Under the pieces are notes generated by a model. It did not search any database. It was not told where the DNA came from and saw nothing but the letters and a program-made list of their open reading frames with translations. Positions 17,063 to 23,689 of a stretch of DNA of 43,340 nucleotides are shown piece after piece. Location of the stretch: the IMG/VR virus record IMGVR_UViG_3300029145_000007, positions 1-43,340 of that record. One strand, given 5' to 3'. Positions within the stretch are counted from its first letter, which is position 1; each line of letters starts with the position of its first letter. The position numbers were made by a program, and so were the translations under genes. Origin of the DNA: a virus. Its lineage: Duplodnaviria; Caudoviricetes.

Positions 17063-17371
17063 TTAGTCTTGGGGAGCAAACTCCCCGCAATTACAAAGAC
17101 GCTCGATCCGTCGGCAATTCTTACATAGACCCGTTTCGTTGAAATTGAGCTTTTTCGCCCTCTCGAGCGACTCCCTATGTCCGGAGAACTCGGACGACTT
17201 GAGACACTCGGAGCAAATCAAATCCTTTGTTTCGGGGTCCTCAATGAGCGGAAAAAGGGTCGTTGTGCATTTCGAACATTGTTCGCCAGGAGGACAAGAA
17301 ATCGGAAACTCGTCGGCGAGTCTCTCTCCCGCGGCAATCTCATTCAAAATTCGATCGTAATGATCCGCCAT
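17063..17371 (-). CDS. Cys-rich Zn-binding hypothetical protein
   Basis: CSKC, CSEC, CKNC, CNC; first gene after the early promoter. Confidence 0.7.
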   Translation of the reverse strand: MADHYDRILNEIAAGERLADEFPISCPPGEQCSKCTTTLFPLIEDPETKDLICSECLKSSEFSGHRESLERAKKLNFNETGLCKNCRRIERLCNCGEFAPQD

Positions 17372-17408
17372 GATTTACGAAAAGTCTAAGAATCGGAGCA
17401 ACGTTCGA

Positions 17409-17437
17409 ATATTAGCAAGGTACAAAATACTTTACAA
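17409..17437 (-). promoter_or_regulatory. Early promoter TTGTAA-17-(TGc)TAATAT with operator GGTACA-AAATAC-TTTACA (17419-17436)
   Basis: Extended -10 and a good -35, just downstream of a terminator. Confidence 0.65.
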
Positions 17438-17455
17438 CCCCGTTTCTAGGTCAAG

Positions 17456-17490
17456 AAATAAAAAAGCCCCCGAATGGCGGCTCGGGGACT
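17456..17490 (-). terminator. Intrinsic terminator
   Basis: AGTCCCCGAG-ccgcca-TTCGGGGGCT followed by a T-run on the minus strand. Confidence 0.8.
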
Positions 17491-17529
17491 TTTCGACTTT
17501 TCTCGTGGTCGCTATCGAACGACCGGTTC

Positions 17530-17730
17530 TTAACCCTTTTCAAGAATACTCATCTTACAATCAAACCCCAATTTGTCCACTATTTTCTGGACAATGTCCA
17601 TTTTGGGGACGGTTTTCCCGTTTACGATGTTATAGAGAGTCATTCTCGAGACTTCCGTCGTTTCGGCCACCTTTCCCGCTCCGGCCTCGCTCATTCGGTT
17701 TTTCAACCACGTTTTAAAAGTTTCTAACAT
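17530..17730 (-). CDS. XRE/Cro-type helix-turn-helix regulator
   Basis: KVAETTEVSRMTLYNIVNGKTVPKMD. Confidence 0.85.
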   Translation of the reverse strand: MLETFKTWLKNRMSEAGAGKVAETTEVSRMTLYNIVNGKTVPKMDIVQKIVDKLGFDCKMSILEKG

Positions 17731-17747
17731 TTAAAGCCCTTGATTCG

Positions 17748-17786
17748 TGTCAACCAAAGTTTACAGTCCGAGAAGTCTCCGAGCAA
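17748..17786 (-). promoter_or_regulatory. Promoter TTGCTC-17-TAAACT with operator TGTCAA-CCAAAG-TTTACA (17748-17765)
   Basis: Directly upstream of the HTH gene. Confidence 0.55.
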
Positions 17787-18426
17787 TAGTTCTCAACCTC
17801 GCGACTCTGTAAACCGTTCCGTTTGAGTCGACCGATCGGAGAGGAGAGCCACGAAACCCCCTCGCCGCGCTGACTGATACCGTTTCGGGAGGAGAGTAAG
17901 TCGTCGATCCGTTGGAATAAACTCTCCCGTTTGATCTGTAAACGTTGCCACTCGGGGACATTCCGAGAGGTACGGTCGAGCTTGAGGTCGACGAAATGAC
18001 CGTTTCCGACATCGAGGATAATTGATTCTCTCCCTCCGTAATCGTTACGGTCTCATAAATAGGATTATTGAGGTCGTCGTAACAGTTACCGTAACCGTCG
18101 CAAATTTGCTGATAACCAACGATTCTCCGGACTGTTTTCGATTTTGGCTTTTCGTCGTCCGTTGACCCAAGCGTAATCGATTTGAGATTCATCTTGTCGA
18201 GACGTTCCTCGATCGCGTCAAGCCGCTTTAGTATCTCTTTCAATTGAGTATCGTCCGCCTTTTCAATGTCGAAATCTTGGAACCCATAACGGGCGAAATG
18301 ATCGATTACGGGATCGACCTTTTTTTCCTCGAGATCTATCGACGGCATACTCAAAACCAATTCATCCGACCCGAGAGAAACACTCGAGACCAATCCAACA
18401 ATGAGAAATAATATTACGCGTTTCAT
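17761..18426 (-). CDS. Secreted hypothetical protein
   Basis: Signal peptide MKRVILFLIVGLVSSVSLG, coiled coil, CDGYGNC, Ser/Thr-rich linker and basic tail. Confidence 0.7.
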   Translation of the reverse strand: MKRVILFLIVGLVSSVSLGSDELVLSMPSIDLEEKKVDPVIDHFARYGFQDFDIEKADDTQLKEILKRLDAIEERLDKMNLKSITLGSTDDEKPKSKTVRRIVGYQQICDGYGNCYDDLNNPIYETVTITEGENQLSSMSETVISSTSSSTVPLGMSPSGNVYRSNGRVYSNGSTTYSPPETVSVSAARGFRGSPLRSVDSNGTVYRVARLRTIARRLLGL

Positions 18427-18440
18427 TTCTGCCTTTCGCG

Positions 18441-19292
18441 CTATGGGTAAATGATATGTTTCGAGAACTTCGACTCGACCTTGGGTCGGTTGAGCTTCAT
18501 TCCCGTTGCGATCCAAAACTTATGGTATCCGATCGTTTGCTTGAAATGCTCCTCGTGTAGAGTTGCGATTCCGTTCTTATGGATATTGACTCCCCACGAA
18601 CCCGGTTGATCAACCCCGGGAATATCGTTGAGGAGGATCGGTCGGTCGACTAATACGGCGTGATTCCCTCGTCCGTTGTCGACTCCACAAAATCCGCGAT
18701 ACTTTCCGGAGGTTTGAATCCGCTCGTAATTGCGGCCGGCGTGGATTGCCACTCCTCCAAAGTATCCCATTAAAAGAGCGATCCAAAGCTCCTTGAACGT
18801 CGTTACCTCCTCCCATTCGAATCCGCAAAAGAATGACGCGTTCTCTCGGTCCGCGTTCGTAAAATCTCTCTTGCGAATCTTGGCATAATGCCGCGGAAGA
18901 TATGGAGGGAGTCCAAGTCGTTGACCGAGGTCGAGAGATTCCGATAAAAGCGACCCGTGATCTTTGCCGTCGACGACTTGAGCGTAACCGAACTCCGGAG
19001 ACAGCTTGATATAGAATCCAAAGTTTTGACGGATTACTCGCTCCGAGATCCCTCCTTGCATGTAAAAATTACAAGAGCCTTTTCCGTCCTGATCCTTTTT
19101 GAAAGTATCGATCGGGAACCAATCGGACCTTTTCCATTGCCGATATTTTTCTTTGTAATACTCAATCGCTTGAGCCCAAGTCCAATTGGGGAGAACCGAG
19201 GAAAGCTTTTTCGTCCGAGTAAGCTTGACATTCTCGGCAACCGTTCCGACGACGCGCCCAAATGATCCATATTGTTCTGTTTGCTCTGTCAT
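18441..19292 (-). CDS. Papain-like (C1 family) cysteine peptidase
   Basis: DQDGKGSC (oxyanion Q, catalytic C), LSPEF.Y, GNHAV (H), GSWG. Confidence 0.8.
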   Translation of the reverse strand: MTEQTEQYGSFGRVVGTVAENVKLTRTKKLSSVLPNWTWAQAIEYYKEKYRQWKRSDWFPIDTFKKDQDGKGSCNFYMQGGISERVIRQNFGFYIKLSPEFGYAQVVDGKDHGSLLSESLDLGQRLGLPPYLPRHYAKIRKRDFTNADRENASFFCGFEWEEVTTFKELWIALLMGYFGGVAIHAGRNYERIQTSGKYRGFCGVDNGRGNHAVLVDRPILLNDIPGVDQPGSWGVNIHKNGIATLHEEHFKQTIGYHKFWIATGMKLNRPKVESKFSKHIIYP

Positions 19293-20047
19293 TTGACTAA
19301 CTCCAAGAGATCCTTTTCGCTTTTGGGGAGAGGAAACGCCTTGACGAATTTCCCTTTCTCGTCAAATAGCAGAATCGCGGGGAGTCCTGCCTCTCGAGCC
19401 GCGGCCACGTACTCCGACGCCTCGGGATTGTCGACGTCATACCAAGACGCCTTTTTTACAATGTCTTTCGTCGTTGACAACTTTCGCCAGGCGTCCGACA
19501 TCCTGATATTTCGAGCCGCCTCGTCGAGCTTGTCCCTTTGCTCAATGACGACAACCGCTCCGATATTTGCGTTTGGCTTGGGATCGGGTTTCGGCTCGGT
19601 CTTTTCTTCGTCGTCGTCCTCATCGGGAGGAGGGTCTTTTTTCTTTGCTGCCTTCAAGACCGAGCGGATCCGCCGAGGAGGGCTCTTGGGGAAGTCTTTC
19701 GGGATAATGGTCAACGTGACTCCGACGTCCGATTCCGGCATCGCGAGGAATAGCTTTCCATTCTCCTCTTGGTAATGCTCAAACTCCGCCGGATACCTGA
19801 TATCCCATAACGGATAGCCGTCTTTGACTCCCTCCGGCTCGAGCATGACTAGCGCCGCGTGTGGGATTGTCTGATCATTCTCAAGAGGATAATTCGAAAC
19901 TTTGGCATTTATCCCGACGCCGTCCTCAACGACTTTAATCGACCTCGGAGATACCTTGGGGACGACCACCTCTCGAGGCTCGGGAATTGCAAACCCAAGA
20001 CCGACGACGAGGCAAAAAATAATTACGATTGTCTTTTTCATTTTCAC
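19289..20047 (-). CDS. Exported/membrane-anchored protein with Pro/acidic linker and thioredoxin-like C-terminus
   Basis: N-terminal hydrophobic segment; GLPAILLFDEKGK...PLPKS; coupled to the peptidase gene. Confidence 0.6.
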   Translation of the reverse strand: MKMKKTIVIIFCLVVGLGFAIPEPREVVVPKVSPRSIKVVEDGVGINAKVSNYPLENDQTIPHAALVMLEPEGVKDGYPLWDIRYPAEFEHYQEENGKLFLAMPESDVGVTLTIIPKDFPKSPPRRIRSVLKAAKKKDPPPDEDDDEEKTEPKPDPKPNANIGAVVVIEQRDKLDEAARNIRMSDAWRKLSTTKDIVKKASWYDVDNPEASEYVAAAREAGLPAILLFDEKGKFVKAFPLPKSEKDLLELVK

Positions 20048-20050
20048 TCC

Positions 20051-20087
20051 AAAAAAAACGGTCCCGCCAAATCTTTCGAGGGGACCG
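20051..20087 (-). terminator. Intrinsic terminator immediately upstream of the 20047 start
   Basis: CGGTCCC/GGGACCG stem followed by T8. Confidence 0.7.
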
Positions 20088-20115
20088 CGGGCTCATTGCC
20101 TCTCAAATTTGCTTT

Positions 20116-20625
20116 CTATGCCGCCAAGACGAAAGAGAGATCGAGTCCGATCATTCGCTCGACAATCGCCGCGAATGCCAAAGCCGTTGCCACTCCCGCG
20201 ACGCTCGCAATCGTCATGATAATTTTGATCAATTGACCAATGAATTCGATAAGCTTTTCGGCGCCTCCATTTTCGAACCACTCAAACCACCATTTGAGGA
20301 ATTGTCCGTCGCCAAACTCTCCGACCCGTCCCGAGGTCAAAAGGTCTTGTTTTGATTCGTTGACAACATAATCGGCGAACGCTCGGAATCTGCTTTCGTT
20401 TCTCAATATTGCTCGAGTCCGCCTTGCGAGCTTTCTCTCTTTTTGAGCTCTCCAAGTCCTCCAACGACCGACCTCGGAGATCTTTGTCTCGCATCTTTCG
20501 AGAATTTCCTCGAGTTGATCGTTTATCGCCGTGTCGCACTCTCCAAAGTCGCAACCATCGCAAGCCAAACCGAGACGGGAGAGATCATCCTCCGTCCCTT
20601 TCAATGCTTTGAGTTCCATAATCAA
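20116..20625 (-). CDS. Hypothetical protein with C-terminal hydrophobic segment
   Basis: Coupled to the lipase gene; IIMTIASVAGVATALAFAAIV. Confidence 0.7.
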   Translation of the reverse strand: MIMELKALKGTEDDLSRLGLACDGCDFGECDTAINDQLEEILERCETKISEVGRWRTWRAQKERKLARRTRAILRNESRFRAFADYVVNESKQDLLTSGRVGEFGDGQFLKWWFEWFENGGAEKLIEFIGQLIKIIMTIASVAGVATALAFAAIVERMIGLDLSFVLAA

Positions 20626-21278
20626 TTTCTTTCCGGTACTTTCAAAAGCTCGATATATCGGGGCATCAAATGAGATCGAATGACTCCGCGCGTATATCGA
20701 AAAAGTCCAAAAGGTAAAACATTTCGGAAGCTGTAAAAATTACCAACCCGAAAGACGGTCCCGACGTGTCGCCAGGCGAACAAAGGCCAAAAAGGACAAC
20801 GGGGAACAATGTCTCCCCACGCGTTGAACTGCCAAACGTTCCAATCGGTTTGGATTGCTTCTCGAGAAAAACGAGGGGCCCCAAAAGTTACAACCTGATC
20901 GATCTCGTATCCATCCGCCGCCAATTCGATAGCCGCCGTTTGAGCGAGAGTCCCGCCTCTCGAATGTCCTCCGAGACGAACCGGTTTAGACTTTGAAAGC
21001 CCTTGCTCCTTGAGCCCCCGAACGACATTGACCGGATCGAATCCTCGAGCTATTTCAAACCCGTGAAACTTCCAAACTCGGACATCGAGGTTTTTCAGCC
21101 AATCAAGGAAACCGCTCGACGTTGTCGGCTTGTCGCTACCTCGGACCGTTACCTCTTGAACGCCGTCGACCTCGTCGAGATAAAACTCGGCATTTCCCTT
21201 TTTATGGAATGGTCGTTTGTCCGTGTAAACGTCGCGACTATTGAGCGCGATTCTATGGAGAATCTTTTCGTCGATCAT
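20622..21278 (-). CDS. Class-3 lipase (alpha/beta hydrolase)
   Basis: VTVRGS, GHSRGG nucleophile elbow, TFGAPR, DIVPRCP, H in SHLMPRY. Confidence 0.9.
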   Translation of the reverse strand: MIDEKILHRIALNSRDVYTDKRPFHKKGNAEFYLDEVDGVQEVTVRGSDKPTTSSGFLDWLKNLDVRVWKFHGFEIARGFDPVNVVRGLKEQGLSKSKPVRLGGHSRGGTLAQTAAIELAADGYEIDQVVTFGAPRFSREAIQTDWNVWQFNAWGDIVPRCPFWPLFAWRHVGTVFRVGNFYSFRNVLPFGLFRYTRGVIRSHLMPRYIELLKVPERN

Positions 21279-21397
21279 TGACAGAGGGGAGCAAAAGAAA
21301 AATAAAAAACCGTTTCCGCGTCGCGTTGCTCCGATATTTGACTGAGAAAATCTTTTTCGACGGAAACGACTCTCAAATAATACCCCTCGTTTGTGAT

Positions 21398-21415
21398 TGT
21401 ATAAAGAACCTTACA
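21398..21415. promoter_or_regulatory. Operator-like box TGTATA-AAGAAC-CTTACA
   Basis: Intergenic, upstream of the lipase; fits the 18-bp consensus. Confidence 0.5.
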
Positions 21416-21442
21416 ACCACATATGGACGAATGAGAAAAAAA

Positions 21443-21670
21443 TTACGGAGTTCCCGAGCCTCCGCCGCCTGAACTTTGGAGACAAGCCTTGTAAGCCGCG
21501 ACCGCCGCCGCTACCTCTCCGGCTTTCGAATTCATCGCCGAGACTTTGGCCTCGTAATCGACCGGATCGAAAGGGTCTGCCTCGCAAGCATCCGACGCCA
21601 AAGTTACCGCCGCCGCGTACTCCGCTTTTTTGGTCCCTATCAATGCTTTTTCAGCTGAACAATCAGACAT
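21443..21670 (-). CDS. Small Ala-rich protein with three Cys and a Gly tail
   Basis: Likely start MSDCSAEK at 21670. Confidence 0.65.
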   Translation of the reverse strand: MSDCSAEKALIGTKKAEYAAAVTLASDACEADPFDPVDYEAKVSAMNSKAGEVAAAVAAYKACLQSSGGGGSGTP

Positions 21671-21672
21671 TT

Positions 21673-21906
21673 TTACAAGCTCCTTTTCCCGTATTCGTGC
21701 TCGAGTTGTTTCGCATAAACCCGAGTTGACGGAGCGGTCTCGATACTCGCCTCGACCCAATACCCCGAATCCTCATCCCTTACGATAGCCTCTTTCGGCT
21801 CGGTTTCTACCGTATCTCTTGGGGGGTCGATTCCGATTAGATCAGCCAGGAGGAAACCGAAAAGAACCAAACCAACTCCTCGAATGATTTCCGTCGCGAG
21901 TTTCAT
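21673..21906 (-). CDS. Small protein with N-terminal TM segment
   Basis: Likely start MKLATEII at 21906 (ATGA overlap). Confidence 0.65.
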   Translation of the reverse strand: MKLATEIIRGVGLVLFGFLLADLIGIDPPRDTVETEPKEAIVRDEDSGYWVEASIETAPSTRVYAKQLEHEYGKRSL

Positions 21907-22061
21907 CCGTTCACCATTTGCAAGATCTTGAGAACGACAATAATCCCGAACGAAACCCAAAAGTAAAAGCGTTGTTTCTCTTGGCATCGCTCCAACTCTC
22001 GGACCCGTCGCGCCAATCTACGGACTCTCTTTTTGAGAGCGTTTTCCTCCGACTCGTCCAT
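21903..22061 (-). CDS. Coiled-coil plus C-terminal TM peptide (52 aa), holin-like candidate; not in ORF track
   Basis: MDESEENALKKRVRRLARRVRELERCQEKQRFYFWVSFGIIVVLKILQMVNG. Confidence 0.7.
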   Translation of the reverse strand: MDESEENALKKRVRRLARRVRELERCQEKQRFYFWVSFGIIVVLKILQMVNG

Positions 22062-22205
22062 TTTACAAACTGCCCAATCAAGAGGGGTCGCTCCCTCGGT
22101 TTCCCTATTTTCGAGGAACTCCGGACCTTTTGACCGTGTAAACCTCGAGGTTTTTGGGTAGATTGTCGGAGTCCCACACGTCCAAAGGGATTATAAATCG
22201 AAATG

Positions 22206-22231
22206 ACCGAGTCGAGAGGCTCGGTTTTTTT
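22206..22231 (+). terminator. Plus-strand intrinsic terminator
   Basis: ACCGAGTC-GAGA-GGCTCGGT (GNRA loop, G-U pair valid only on +) followed by a T-run. Confidence 0.65.
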
Positions 22232-22676
22232 ATTTCAACCGAAATAATAAGACGTTTTCGTTTGCCGGATTCCGCCAACCCTTGACCCACGAATCGCGGA
22301 AACCCTTCAAAGTCCGGACCTCCGTTTCCTTTTCCTTGATTTGGTGAAACGTCGCGCCCTGATCTTGTCCGAAAATGTTCGCCTCGTGGTAATCCTTGAC
22401 GGGATCGGTCATCAAAACCGTTGCTTTCTTCCCGACAACGTCTCCGAATACCTTTTCCGCCTCCCAATTGACGTAAGTAATCTCCCCGCGGTCGTTCGCA
22501 AATACGACGGGACGAGAGCTCATATCGGCAATCATTCGATAATGATCGGGATTCGCGCCAATAACCGTACTTTTCATTTGAACGGCGACGATGATTCCAG
22601 CAATGACCGCGATCGCAACCACGATTTGAACAAACAAAACAAGCCGCTTACTTCTTGGCGCGTTCTTTTTAGGCAT
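22230..22676 (-). CDS. Membrane-anchored PAS-domain protein (148 aa)
   Basis: Basic N-terminus, one TM, then YRMIADMSSRPVVFANDRGEITYVNWEAEKVFG..VGK....LM. Start at 22676 overlaps the upstream stop. Confidence 0.8.
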   Translation of the reverse strand: MPKKNAPRSKRLVLFVQIVVAIAVIAGIIVAVQMKSTVIGANPDHYRMIADMSSRPVVFANDRGEITYVNWEAEKVFGDVVGKKATVLMTDPVKDYHEANIFGQDQGATFHQIKEKETEVRTLKGFRDSWVKGWRNPANENVLLFRLK

Positions 22677-23073
22677 CGATCGAATCATCCTCCTCGAGGT
22701 CCTCGTCGTCGTCCTCGAGCTTTGTCTTTTTCTTAATCTTTTTGACCACGAGATCGACAGTCTCAAGACCACCGAGAGAAAGTCCCGCGATAATTCCCAA
22801 GATAACGACTCTCGGGATATAGGTTTGCTCGGCGAATATGAGAGCAATTGCGACTCCCATCATTGCCGTATTCAAAGCGTATTTGATTATGAGGAGGAGT
22901 CGGTCGTCCTCGTGATTTTGAATCTCTCGAGTTGCCGCGGCAATCCCCCCAATCAGTCCGATGATTGCTCCACAAATGACCGTATCTCGGACCGAGATAT
23001 CGACATTTTGAGAGGCAAAAAGGAGGGTAACGATTCCGACGTTCCACGCCGCAATAAGTAGATTTTCGGTCAT
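22669..23073 (-). CDS. Multi-TM membrane protein with basic-then-acidic tail, holin candidate
   Basis: 3-4 hydrophobic segments; tail KKIKKKTKLEDDDEDLEEDD; lysis-position synteny. Confidence 0.6.
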   Translation of the reverse strand: MTENLLIAAWNVGIVTLLFASQNVDISVRDTVICGAIIGLIGGIAAATREIQNHEDDRLLLIIKYALNTAMMGVAIALIFAEQTYIPRVVILGIIAGLSLGGLETVDLVVKKIKKKTKLEDDDEDLEEDDSIDA

Positions 23074-23085
23074 TCCGTTTCCGGT

Positions 23086-23688
23086 TTAGAGTGCGCTTTT
23101 GATTGCTTCCCGCTCGTATTTCGAAATGACAGTATATCCCGCCGCCGTAAGCTTGGCGCCGGTCGATATCGGGAACCATTTCGCCAGCGATCCGATAATC
23201 TTTTGACCGTTCGCCTCGAGGGGAGTAAGGTTTCGACTTGCCGCAAATTCCGACCAAGTCATTTGGACCATTGTCTCCGATGCCTCGTCGAATTTCTGGC
23301 TCAATGGTCCGAGGAGAGTCGGCGTCGCGGCCAGGAATTCGGCGTCGGAAAGATTGACGTAAAACGGCATTCCCGAAATATCAATACAATGTCGTCCGTC
23401 GGCGTGAACCGGTTTCGTTATCAGAAAACAAAATCCGAGACTAAACCCTCCGGCGCCATCGCTGCAAAGGGTTTGGATTACCCTTTCCTTTGTTTGGATC
23501 GGGATCTCCCTTTCGAAAAGCTCCGAGTCGGTCGCATTGAGCGAGCCGTAAGTCAAAAGCCGTCGGAACATTTTTGAGACCAACGCGAACTCTCCCGCGC
23601 TCCAAACCGAAAGCTCGGAGCGAAAGCTCTGATCGTTGTCCGTCAACGCATCCGCGGCGCCCTGATCTCCCAATATTTTCAACATCAT
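23086..23688 (-). CDS. Hypothetical protein (tail-associated?)
   Basis: Likely start MMLKIL at 23688. Confidence 0.65.
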   Translation of the reverse strand: MMLKILGDQGAADALTDNDQSFRSELSVWSAGEFALVSKMFRRLLTYGSLNATDSELFEREIPIQTKERVIQTLCSDGAGGFSLGFCFLITKPVHADGRHCIDISGMPFYVNLSDAEFLAATPTLLGPLSQKFDEASETMVQMTWSEFAASRNLTPLEANGQKIIGSLAKWFPISTGAKLTAAGYTVISKYEREAIKSAL

Positions 23689-23689
23689 T

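Noticed and set aside
22141-22154. 14-bp palindrome AAACCTCGAGGTTT
   Set aside because: Single occurrence built on the very common CTCGAG core; no function can be supported.
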